Assembly: GCA_907165135.1 (NCBI GenBank)
Contig: OU015566.1
Location: forward strand, 11,098,001-11,162,000
Reading direction: 5' to 3'
Length of the DNA: 64,000 nt
Origin: Oikopleura dioica
Lineage: Eukaryota; Animalia; Chordata
Below the pieces are notes generated by a model. The model was not told the origin of the DNA. It saw nothing but the letters and a program-made list of their open reading frames with translations, and did not search any database. The position numbers and the translations under genes were made by a program. Each line of letters starts with the position of its first letter. Position 1 is the first letter of the stretch. Shown one piece after another: positions 11,402-23,110 of this stretch.

Positions 11402-13517
11402 TTTTCATAATGAAAAATAATGAGTCGTAAAATTACTTTTTGAATCTAAAAAACACTCATTAAATTTGGCTAAGACCGACTTTCTTTTGACCACCAATTG
11501 CGGCCTAGTCTGACTATGGACTCCATTCTGATGGTTAAAAACGGTTCAATCGGTAGGTCACTATTTTGGGGCAATGGCTAGGGTTAGAGATGCTACAATT
11601 CTGGTTCTTCCATGATTCCCAAAGAGCTTAAAATTCTGTTGATTCAGAATTTTTCGCTTCATAAGTGCCCAGTCACTTCCAAATAAACTCGCCCAGCAAG
11701 CACCTTTCTGAAGAGCTACTAGGCGAGAGGGAAATGTTTTTTCGCGGAAGGGCGATCTCAAGAGACTTCAAGTAATTGAGCGCCCAATCAGAGATTTTGT
11801 TTTCCCTGCTGGTAACTCTTTCGCCATGGAAAAGTGATAGTAGGTAATGAACTGGCTGCTAATTTCAAAACTAAAAAGACTAATAAGGCGGTGAAAAGAG
11901 CGACGCTTTTACTCAGGGAAGCTCTGGGGAAATAAAACATGCTGACGATAATACTTGACTTTCAGAATAATATTCGACTTTTAAATAATCTGAAAAGTGA
12001 AAGAGAAGGTAAATAAGGCTGAAAACAGAATAGTCGATTTTGATTTCGAAGTTGATCTCCTTTTTCGAGCAAATCTTTCACAGAAATAACCATTTTATCT
12101 AATGATGGTCATCATCAGGTAGTATTACTGGTATAGTAAACTAAGGGACACTTGATAAGGGTGTTTCTGAAGGGTTTTTGATAAACCCTGGATTTTTTGA
12201 AGCTTTTGAGCTATTTCTTTTGGCTTTTTTGGTCTTTATTTTCTCGAAAAATGCTTAATTCTTAAGAATTCAGAATATTTTATTAATCAAATTTTCAAAT
12301 ATAAGGAAAACAGCATGAAAATTGGATAAATCACTGCATGGCGCTGCTGAGCGTGAGCGCGCGCGATCGTGTATGTGTGTGTGTTCGCACGGTGTCGTGT
12401 GGTGGAAGCGCCCGAACCGGTGATGTCCGACTAACTAGTAGTCATAGTCGGCTCTGCTGAGTGACGGGTGCTGTGTGTGCACGCGCGCCGCGCGCTCAAG
12501 CCACCCAAAGCCCGCCTCTAATCGGAGCGCCGTTCTTTCTGCACCCCAGAGTGTGGTGCCAGCACTCATTGACGTCACCAGACTCAGGCCGAGGACTTTG
12601 GTGCATTCTCCTCCTGCGTACAATGGCCAGATCAAATTTCGACTACTAGTAGCTCTAAGATTATTTATCGAATAATAAACATAGTCAGAAAAAACACCGA
12701 AAATAATATTATTTCAGGCGCAAAATTATTTGTAAAATTTTTTTTTGAAATTAAAATTTTATTTTTGCTTTTTTTTTCTGATTTTTTTTTCTCGAAGAAT
12801 CTTCAACCCTTTTTCAGATGTGAGTAATAACTACTGACACTGCCTCTGATCTTGCTTTTGCTCCTGTGTGTCCCCTTTCTTTCGATTTTTTCTGTTCGTA
12901 TCACATGACTCTCCTGGCTCCCTGAGGCGGCGTCGTTAATGCTCAGTCACAAGGGATGAGTGAGCGGCGAAAAGGAAAAGGGGGAGTGATGGCGCGGTTG
13001 GTTAGTTAGTTAGTTTGGTGGTGCTGTGCTTGAAGACCCGCGGCTCGCGCAGTGGCTGGAACTGACACCAGCCCTCTCTCTCTCTCTTTCTCAGCGCAGG
13101 CCAGAGCTAGCCACCACCGCGCCACCACCACCAGAATCACCCTATTGCCACCAACAACACACACACTCACAAAAACACATTTTCAGAGGCACATTTCAGC
13201 CTTTTTTAGACTTGTTTTTTTAATAAAAAATCTTTTCTAATTTTTATCTTTCCTGTTCCTAGGAAAAGAAAAATCGATAAAAAGTGAAAACGCCGAACAT
13301 CGAAAACGAAAGAGAGAAAGAGAAAGAAAAATTCGAAAGGAGAAGATAGAGAGAAGGACTTTGTGAAAAAGTGTCACGTGGAGATTGACCAGAGAGATAA
13401 AAATTAGAAGATAAGAGCGCCGAGAAGGGAACACGTTGGATTTGAACCAACAAGAGTCGGAAGGTAGGTCGTTTTTAGACGGTTTTCAGCTGTTTGGGCT
13501 TTTTTCTGGCATTTTGG

Positions 13518-13625
13518 ATTAGGGTTACGGTTAGTGGGTAGGACAAAGAATAATTCTTTTGTAGAAAGGTTTAAGGCAGGTTTTACTAGGCAAGGGTTAG
13601 GGTTAGGAGCCTAACCGTTAGGGCT
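13518..13625 (+). repeat. Degenerate telomere-like (TTAGGG) hexamers
   Basis: ttagggttacggttag at ~13518 and agggttagggttagg at ~13594. Confidence 0.5.
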
Positions 13626-13896
13626 AAATTTAATAGAGGTCATCATAAATGAATCAAAACTGAGAGGGAATATTTGGTCTTAATTTTAGTAGTAGATTTA
13701 TAATTATCAGCCGGCTGCTAGACAAAATTAGAGTTAGAAGTACAGACAATAAGTAGAAGCTTGTATAAGACGACGTTGATTATTGCCAATTACTGTCAAT
13801 TTTCAATCCCTGCGCAGAGAGAAAAAGGTCTATTCTGAAACTAAGAAATAATGCTCGAGGGTGAATGTTAAGCTGTACCCTCGGCTGCACGGCGAG

Positions 13897-14558
13897 GGAT
13901 ACACGACGTTTAGCACAAAGCGACGTTTGGAACAAGTACGTTTAGAACAAAGCGACGATTAGAACACTATTCCGAACGTCGTTTTATTCCAGGCGTCGTT
14001 TTATTCTAAACGTCGCTTTTCGCTAAGAATCGCGTAGGCGCTCTCAAAAATTTGATTTAGTCTAGAATCAGTTTGAAAAACGACGTTTTCCACAAACCGA
14101 CGTTTAGAACAAATACGAACTCTTGAAAAATGCCAGAGTATAAGTTATTTTGTTAGATTCAAATAGTAAAAAATACTCTTCTGAGTCATGTTAATATCAT
14201 TCAATATTATTTGAGGTTTTTTTTTCAGATTTTTTCGGGTTTTTGAATAAGTTACATATTTAAATCACATACATATATGTTTAATAATATATTTATTCCT
14301 TAAAACATATCATAAGATAATCATTATTGTTATTCTATCGAATTTATACTGTTTATCAAATTAATATTTTGAGGCAAATAACTTGTTCTCGTTAAAATCT
14401 AATTCGTTCTGAGCGCCCACGCGTTTCAGACCAAAAAGCGACATTTAGAATAAAACGACGCCTGGAATATAACGACGTTTAGAACAGTGTTCCAGACGTC
14501 GCTTTGTTCCAAACGTCGTTTGTTCCAAACGTCGCTTTGTGCTAAACGTCGTGTATCC
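13897..14558. mobile_element. Non-autonomous foldback/Mutator-like DNA transposon, 662 bp
   Basis: Long (~130 bp) terminal inverted repeats GGATACACGACGTTTAGCACAAAGCGACG... built from ACGACGTTT(A/G)GAACAAA subrepeats; exact 9-bp target-site duplication CACGGCGAG at 13888-13896 and 14559-14567; AT-rich non-coding core. Confidence 0.9.
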
Positions 14559-15983
14559 CACGGCGAGGCGCAAATAATTTGATTATCCAGCAGAACATTA
14601 TTCAGTCAAAAAAAACGAGCTCGTTCGCAGGAAAAGAAGCTCACGTGCATACTCTTTGCCCTTTTTAAGAACTTTTTCTTATTTTTGCGTTTTACTGCTG
14701 AAAGTTCTTTTATTCGCCTTTTTTCGCTGCTCCGCGAAAAAACATGACTTGGAGCCAGAGCGTGTTTTTGAGAATTTTTTTTTCTGAACGCTAGAATTCG
14801 GGAGATTCTTCGAAACGGGCGATAAGGAGGATTTAGAAACGGCCGGGAACTTCAGACGGGAATGATAGGCGAAGGGCTTCCTAGACGGGGTTAAGAAATG
14901 AATTGAGTTATCGCTAATTGACAATTTTAAATAAATTTGTGGCGATTTTAAATTAATTTTTCGTCCAAAGCGCGAAATTTAACAGTTTTTGAAGCAAAGT
15001 AATTACGTGAAATTTGATGATGAATTAGATAACTGATGTCATATTTATTCGTTGAGCATAATTTCCCTCATTTCTATTCTTTTTTTCAATAAAAGATGAA
15101 TTTAAGTTTCTCTGAAAGGGATATAACTTGGAACGTGATTGGCATGAGATTTTGAGGATTTCAGAATTCCAAATTCCAAAATTCCATTTCATCCCTTTTT
15201 ATAATTCTTTGCCGCCTGAGAAATTTTAGAATTTCCGAAATCGTGAGAATTTAATCCTAAAGTGTGGAACTTTCTGTTCGTATTTGACATTTTTTTGTGT
15301 CTTTGGCTGATTTTCTCACTAAATTTTGTCATTTTCGAACTTTCGAATTTTTAGGAAGATTTGGCGATTGATATTTTTACAGGAAATTTTTTATTATTAA
15401 ATTTTCTGATAGCAAATAATGGGATCGAAAAGAAACGTAAACGTAAAAATGCCGGTCCATTGAAAGGCGAGCCAGCGGTTTGGCAAGAAGCTAAGGACCT
15501 AGAGGAAGCGCCGAGCGAATTCATCCCTTTTTAATCACCAGTTTTTGGAGCTGAGCGGCAGTGACTGCGATCCGATCCCCCTCCACCCTGGGCGGAATTT
15601 ACATCAATTTGATTTGTAATAAGGAAGCCGATATTAACCCGGCACATTTGGAATGCTCAGGGGTTGAGAGAAAAAAGCGCTCTCTCTTTCTCGGCCGCTG
15701 AAAAAAGTTAAGCCTTTGTTTATAGATAAGTTTAGAAAGGTGTTATGCTCAATTTCCGAAAGAAAGGAAGGCTCGCTTTGCATAATCAACTCGGAAAATT
15801 AATTCCGGTAGAAAGCCGCAGAGGAAAATGTTTATCCTTTCCGTTTCTAATTGTAAACTTTTTATAACAGATCTTTTACTTTGCCACAAGTCGGATGCTG
15901 AGAGGCATTTTATGGAGAAAATAGGAGTTTAAAAGTTATTTGCCCGTCCAACTGGGGCATTTAAAACCTGACTGGGCAACCTG

Positions 15984-16111
15984 TGTAGAAAACCTGAGTC
16001 AGGGTTCTGAAAAATCTTTGGCAAAAAGCCCGCTGCGGCTTTTTCAAGAACGAAGCCGCAAAGCGGCTTCGCCGAAAAAAGTTTTAAAAACCCTGACTCA
16101 GGTTTTCTACA
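15984..16111. repeat. 128-bp inverted-repeat element (MITE-like or structured)
   Basis: Perfect 23-bp inverted repeat TGTAGAAAACCTGAGTCAGGGTT (15984-16006 / 16089-16111) enclosing the hairpins AAAAAGCC-N6-GGCTTTTT and CGAAGCCGC-AAA-GCGGCTTCG. Confidence 0.7.
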
Positions 16112-17582
16112 GAAGTCTTGAAAATTTAAAATTGGCGAAGCGGGGGTTGACAGCGTGATAGAGGGATTTTTATACGAGGCGATTTTTTTTCTTCCAAATT
16201 TGATTTGCGCTGGAACGAGTTACGCTTCGCACTATCTAAATATACTCTTTGACAAAGAACTATAAATACGCTCGCTTTTCGATTTGAGAAGAGATTTGGT
16301 TTTTGGATTTTGACATGATGATTAACAGATTGAAACAAGGAAGAATCCTGCGCTCCTCTTTAGAAGGCAGTCTCGGTAATTGAACGTTAGGTCAGTGAAT
16401 TTGAAATCAATTGAAGGTCATTATTTCGGCGCTATTCGAAAGATAAATCACCTAACATACCAATTTATCAAATAGTTTATTATGAAATTATGAAACAGAA
16501 GTTAATTAAATAAATAAATTAATAAATTATTTTTTTATAAATAATTTAATAAAATTATTAAATAAATAAATTCTTCACTATCAATGTAAAATAAATCAAC
16601 TCTAATAAATTTAATTAATAAAAATGATCGACGATTCCTAGAATAGGAACCGCTGAAGTCATGAATTACTTTCAAACTTTCTCAACTTTCTTTGAAGTGG
16701 CTTTAGTGTGATGTAAAAAAATCCGTGTGGACGTATGTAGGAATTATGATCGAGCGATTTACGACTGGGCGATTAACTAAACTTCTGCGTTTCGAGATTG
16801 ATTGCAGGAAATATTTAGACTCTCTAAAATTACACCCGTGTTTTGTCAAAAGAGAAAGCAATAAATTTGATTGAAAGATTTACTCTGCTTTGATTCAGTA
16901 GTCGAATACACAAGTGAAAATTGAGGAATCGAAACAGAAAGTCACGAAAAAGGGCGAATCGCAGCGGGGTGAATGGAGATTTTCAGCGGGAGTATATCGA
17001 TGACCGCTTTTTCAATATTTTTGGGACAAGAGAAATTTCCTATCTTTTTTACAATTTTGGTCTAGAACGTTTTATTTTAGCGCGATGTTTACATCAAAAG
17101 CCACGCCATCTGCTATTTGCCAAAAAATATCTTTTTTATAAAACATTCCTTGTTTAACTCTGTTGTCATCGAATAACAGTTGATACAACGAACTAAAGTC
17201 TATAAACCTTGGATTTTACAGTAAGCCATGGATAAGGTCTATAAATCTTTGCCCATCTTACCGACTGCATCTAAAAGAGACTCATTCTCCAAACCTAACT
17301 TACATAAAAAAGCTATTCATTGCCTTGTAAACTTGACGTTATTTGGTCTTTTACAACATTAGTGTTTTGGGCTTCCTATTCTCTGGCGCCAGGATCAGAA
17401 TGAGATCATCAGCTTCCCTGACTCGTAAACCCACTCGATTTACTTTCGACAGCGAAATTAAAGCAAAATTAACATTTTTACAATTCTTCAGACTCCAGAC
17501 TTGTGACCAGCAGCTGGTCACATCCAATCGCCTGAAGATGGACTGAAGCTCAAGAAAAAACAGAGAAACAGCAAGAAGAAAG

Positions 17583-20500
17583 ATGAAAGTCGCGATTCGA
17601 ATGTGGTTACTCGCACTCGTCGGGGCGAGTTTTCCTAATTTAATCCCACCAAAATACCTCCACTTCAAAGGCAATACTTGGCAATGGGCCATTAAGGTTA
17701 GCTCGATTGTTTCGACCCTTTTCAGAACTCTAAAAATGCGCTTAGTTGCGAGCAAGCGATATCAACTCAACCCGTATCCTCTTCGACGAGCTGGCGGAGC
17801 AGATTGCCCGCGAGCACGATCTCCTCAATCACGGACAAGTTGGCGAGCTCATCGGTCACTACCTCTTTACTCGAAGGCCGGACGAAGAATCGACTGATCT
17901 GAGGGAGTTCCAGGCACGCGCTATAAAATTATCTTGTATTAGTCAGTTCAAGTTGTTCTTTCAAATCTTATTTATGAGATCAAAAACAAGAAACGTTTCC
18001 TAAATTTGATAGCGTGGGAATAAGTTGGAGCAAAAGCTCAAGCGGCATCCTCATGTCGAATACTACTCGCCACAGGTGCTCTTAAACCGGAAGAAACGAT
18101 ACTATGTTCCAAAGGCGCATGAGGTAATTTTCCTTTTAAAATTTAAGGACTGCCCTAACCGTAATTATCATAAATGTCGTCATCAAAATGTAGGTCAATA
18201 AAATCATCAAATTAAGCAACGCATATTTTGAGCAAAGACATTTGTTAACTGATTCTAGCGCTTCATCGAAATGTCAATCGAAGAGCGTGTCCCAAAACGC
18301 GCACTGCAAAACATCAGCATCTCAACAAAGCCCCGCGCTCATAAACTAACGGACAAGCAGTTCAAAACGCTGACAAGTCTCGTGCCAAAGTTCGAAGACC
18401 CGGAGTTCGCAAATCAATGGCATCTGTTCAACCGGCGATTTCCCGGAAACGACTGCAACGTCACGGGCGTATGGGAACGGGTTGCAAATCGAAAAGGGCG
18501 ATTCAAAGTTATGATTTCTTGACATTTGAGCGTTATGTCAAAGCGGCAGTTTTTATGATTAAAACTGAGAAAGATAGATTACAATTTTCAATTGCCTAAA
18601 GTTCAATTGTAGGAAAATCTTCTGTAGTAAAGATCATCAATTCGTATTTTCCCATTTTACGAGAAATTTTAAGCTAATAATAAGGGACATTCTTAGTTCA
18701 TCTGAGCGCGAGATCGTTAAATGACCAGTAAATGAACCCTTAAAACATATTCTGATAGTTTATCTCCTTTAATTATCTCGGAATTTGCTCTGCTCTTTCA
18801 AGCGCCCGAGCAGCGGTCTCCAAAAATGCTGTTTTTCGGTCTTTAACAATGCGCAAATTTTTCGGGCGCTGTCTGTTTCAGGCTGATGTCGAATTTTCCG
18901 CAATTAGGGTTAATTTCCTTCGCAGGAGGATTATCAGATTTCCAACCTTAATGAACAGGCGATGAACGTGACCGGAAGTGGCGTTACTGTCGCTGTGGTA
19001 GATGACGGCGTCCAGTGGGATCATCCAGATCTACTGGCCAATTACAATCCCAAGGGCTCCTTCGACCTCAACTCAAACGACGACAATCCGATGCCGCAAT
19101 ACGACGAAAACGAGGAAAACAAGCACGGCACGCGATGCGCTGGCGAAATCGCCGCCGTGCCCAACGACGTCTGCGGCGTTGGAGTTTCCTTTGGAGCCAA
19201 GTTCTCCGGAATCAGAGTTCTAGATGGTCCCATCACCGATTCGATGGAAGCCACGGCGTTTAACAAACATCTAGGTTAGATTTAATCTCGCCATTGCCGA
19301 GCAAAACGGATCGGTTCCGGCTATCTATCTATTTACGCTTATGTTGAAGATTTTAGAAGCTCAAACTTAGGTTATAAAATATGACTCTAAAGAACATTCT
19401 TTCTTCTTTCATTTTTAAAGTAAATTTAGATGTGAACGACATTTACTCATGTTCTTGGGGCCCGGAAGATGATGCAAAGACCCTTGACGGGCCGCATCCA
19501 CTCGCCCAAGCAGCACTCATTCACGGCGTAACCGCTGGTCGACGTGGCTTCGGTTCAATCTACATTGTTGCAAGCGGAAACGGCGGCAACGAAGGAGATA
19601 ATTGCAACTTTGATGGATATGCCAACTCAATCTACACGATCACCATTGGTGCCGTTGACGAACGAGGTGATATGCCTTACTATGCCGAGGAATGTGCGTC
19701 TATGCTGGCATCGACGTTTTCTTCGGGCAATCCGAGCGGCAGGGACACTAGAAAAATCGTCACCACTGATTGGACAATGGGCAGATCTGGCTCTGGAGTT
19801 GCTGGAGCGGGTTGTACCAGCTCTCACACTGGTACTTCTGCAGCTACTCCCTTAGCTGCTGGAATGGTCGCCCTTATGCTCCAGGTTTGTACTACGAGGT
19901 TCTTTGTTTAATGTTTTTATTGTCACGTAAAGTTGTTCCGGAATGAACCTATAAGATCAAACGCGCAGAACTTGTATTGACGCCAAACAAGATCGCAGAA
20001 AATCCTCGCAAAAATTTTGCATTGCAGATTTCTTAATAAAATTTGTTGCGGTCGATTAAAGCAGCTGTACCTTCGGCGCTCTAAAGACTGATGAGCCGAC
20101 AAGTAGACGTGGCTTTTTGAAAAAGATATTAAGGTGCGACCCTGTCTGACCTGGCGCGATGTGCAGCATATAATTGTTTATACGGCGCGGCACACGAAGG
20201 GATCCCATAAGCCGAAGAACGTGCGCTCCTGGTTCACTAATGCGGCCGGGCTGCAACACTCGGCACAGTACGGCTTTGGACTATTGGACGCCTGGCGACT
20301 TGTCAACGCGGCGAAGGTTTGGAGGACAACGCCCATGCTCACTTCGTTCTCTCCTCCGGAAGGGATTTATTTTTCACAAAAATACAAAAAGGAAAAGAAC
20401 CCATCCTCAAATATGCGTTCGCCAAATATAACGGCTAATGTTAGGCAATACAGTGGTTACTTGGAAAATAGTAATTGCATTAACAAAATTTCGATCGAAG

Positions 20501-21506
20501 AAAATCGTTGAAAATTAACCTTCAGCTCAAGCTCATAAATAAATCCCTTGAAGACAATCGGGTACAACGAAAAAATACGAACAAACGATTTCCTCCGACT
20601 TCATGCTTCTGTTAGCGAGCGGGATGCTGCCTTACACCGCGTTATCACTCTCGAGCATGTGCAAGTGACATTAACGATCGAGCATCGAAAACGTGGTGAC
20701 ATAGAAGTCTCGATTGTTTGTCCGAGCGGGACTGAGTCGCTTGTCGGCCCTAATCGCGCGAAGGATACAAGGTAACAAACAATGCCGATCTCCATAAATA
20801 ACACGCGATATTTTTCAGCCCACTTGGTTTCAAAGATTGGACGTTTTCGACTGTGCGCTGCTGGGGCGAATCCTCAGTTGGAAATTATTATCTTATTGTT
20901 CGCGACCGCGGAGTCATCGATCATGGAATTCTTCGCTATTGGAAACTAACCCTGTACGGCTCTTCTATAACCTCGGAAGATGTTCAAGAACGACGCCGAG
21001 AAGTAGAAGAATCCTACAGCGGTGAAAAACTCGACCCCGCGTCGAATTTTTCTATTCCTTGTCCGCCAGGAGAATCAGTTCCGTTTGACATTACCGAAGC
21101 GATTTCAGGTGAGTAATTGCTTCATAAACTTATCATCTTTATTATCGTTTCGTGACGAAATAAACCACGGTACTCTCTTCTTTCTCCATAAAACTTTAGT
21201 TGTGGGCGTGGGAAGTTGAGCTAAAATAAGCATTTTTTTCTAAACAAGGATTAACAATTTCAACTTTCAGATCGGACGCTGAAGCTTCTTGCGCTCATGA
21301 GCGGACTCTTTGTCTTCTGGTCGATCTACTTTACGATCGAGATGGCATTTTGCAACACAGACGAGAAAGTGCTCCTGGCAGATCCAGACGAGGACGATCT
21401 TGAGAATTCGGATTCATTCGTCGATCCCGCAAGGGCTCCGCAGCTTGGATCAACGACTGGACATATTTCTTGTATAGATTCTGTTCTACAAAACAATGCA
21501 AAGTGA
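17583..21506 (+). CDS. PCSK7: Proprotein convertase subtilisin/kexin type 7 (PC7)
   Basis: Signal peptide, prodomain with RKKR cleavage site, catalytic motifs [19 protein letters not shown] and GTSAATP, the PC7-typical [14 protein letters not shown], a P-domain, and TM segment [10 protein letters not shown]. Confidence 0.92.
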
Positions 21507-22049
21507 AAGAAGCTATCAGTTCAACAAAGTCGCTTTTGAATTCTTTTGGATTCTAATTATGCTGTCAATTGCTTTCTCCACTTTTTTCAATTCTTCTTCA
21601 GACAGGAGAACATTTTTTAATTCTTTAAATTTCAATTGAATAGTTCAAACTCTCACCGATTGAATTCCTCAAAACGGATAATTGAGGACCATTGCTCCCC
21701 TTAAAACTCTAAATGCCCTTCAAAAAGAACCTAATGTAGGCGTTTCTCTGACTGTTGTTTTTTTATTTTTCCAAGGTGTCATAATTTTCAAAAAACCAAC
21801 CCGACAAAGTAATATGAATGCTGTAAATACTCACATACGATACTTTCTTCCATGTTCGATTGATAAATGAAATAAAGCAAAAACAAAATACATAAAGTTC
21901 TTGTCTTCAATTCTAGTGAAGTTCGCCTACTCCTCCTTGTTTTCAGCGGTTTATAAAAGCTTATTCTTCTTCACTTTCTAAATAATGTTTATTCTGTAGA
22001 ACGGATTTAGTAAATAAGGAGTATTTCGCGTCATTGTTCACCGATCACC

Positions 22050-22966
22050 ATGGAGAGGGTGTCCCTGTCGATTTCTGGCAAGATTCGTTTATTTTTAAAT
22101 TCAATTACTCCTTTTCATCATGTTCAGAGATCCGTTCCCAATTGAAAAGTTCGAGAACGACAACACTTTCGGCAACCGAGAAAGTATCTTTCTGGTACAT
22201 TAATTTATTAATATAAACTCTTAGAACACCGTCACGTGGTAGGGAAAGAAGATCCGTTTCAAAGATTGGCATATACTCACACGTTACAGAGCCAAAGGTG
22301 ATTTTCAGTGTATCCCTTCTTGAGAAAGGGCATAATCTTATGATTGAACCTGCCTTTCTGTTGCCAAAATTAATTATATTGTGTATTTTATTGCTTTAGT
22401 TCCTCCTTGATTTCAATTCTATCGATCATAAAATCCTAATATTTTATTCAATTTAGGCGAACACGAGACTATCATGATCCTCAAGCTCCTCGGGACTCCC
22501 TTGACTTTGTAATTAAAACTACTCATGTTCCATGGAAATTCAACGCGAGCAAAAATGAGGTTCTTGTCCAGGTAAGGATCGCTGAGAACCTCCGTTTTTA
22601 AAATATTTTTGTAGCGAGAAACGTTGGGAATTGACACTGGACGAAAGCTGAAGAACCGCACTGTTGAAGAAAAACTGGCCTTCGATCCTGCTGACCCGCC
22701 GATAAGGAACGCGATCTGCAAATAGAAATAAAAATTACTGCCCGACAAATACTGATGCGCGAGATTCGCTCCTCCTTGTTTGTTGAGCACTTGGTGAAAC
22801 TTCAAATGCCGAAATAAGACATATTGAGATCGCGATAAGGGTTACTGTTCATGAAAAACAAGTGGCAAACAGCAAGGATGGAAATCAACTCATCCGGGGT
22901 CATCATGGAGCAAATACGAACAGGGGATACGTGCGAAAAGTTGACGGAGGCTTTTACAGTCTTTAA
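22050..22966 (+). CDS. CFAP276: Cilia/flagella-associated protein CFAP276 (C1orf194)-like, multi-exon; not visible as a single ORF in the track
   Basis: Manually spliced exons give MERDPFP..., EDPFQRLAYTHTL, YHDPQAPRDSLDF, KNEVLVQ and terminal HHGANTNRGYVRKVDGGFYSL, matching the recalled family motifs RDPF, DxLDF and TNxGYxRKxDGGF. Confidence 0.75.
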
Positions 22967-23110
22967 ACATGATTTAAGCAATAAAATCAGATAGATTATG
23001 GCTCGATATTTGTTTTTGTTTGGGTTTTCTTTGAATTTATTGCAATCATTTTCACTTTTATTGAATGTTTTCATATGAACTGCACCAGATGATGATATCA
23101 TTAAAATATT

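Noticed and set aside
11561-11761. Possible second P450 fragment (FPSRL...KG...GSDWALMKRK)
   Set aside because: Resemblance to the CYP B-C region is weak, adjacent frames are closed by stops, and no further CYP motifs follow.
13897-14558. CRISPR-like look of the short repeated ACGACGTTT units
   Set aside because: The units are abutting or irregular with no unique spacers, are arranged as inverted arms with a TSD, and sit in a eukaryotic context with no cas genes. This is a transposon TIR.
16490-16625. Extremely AT-rich quasi-palindrome
   Set aside because: Self-complementarity is expected from an A/T-only composition, and no defined ends or TSD were found.
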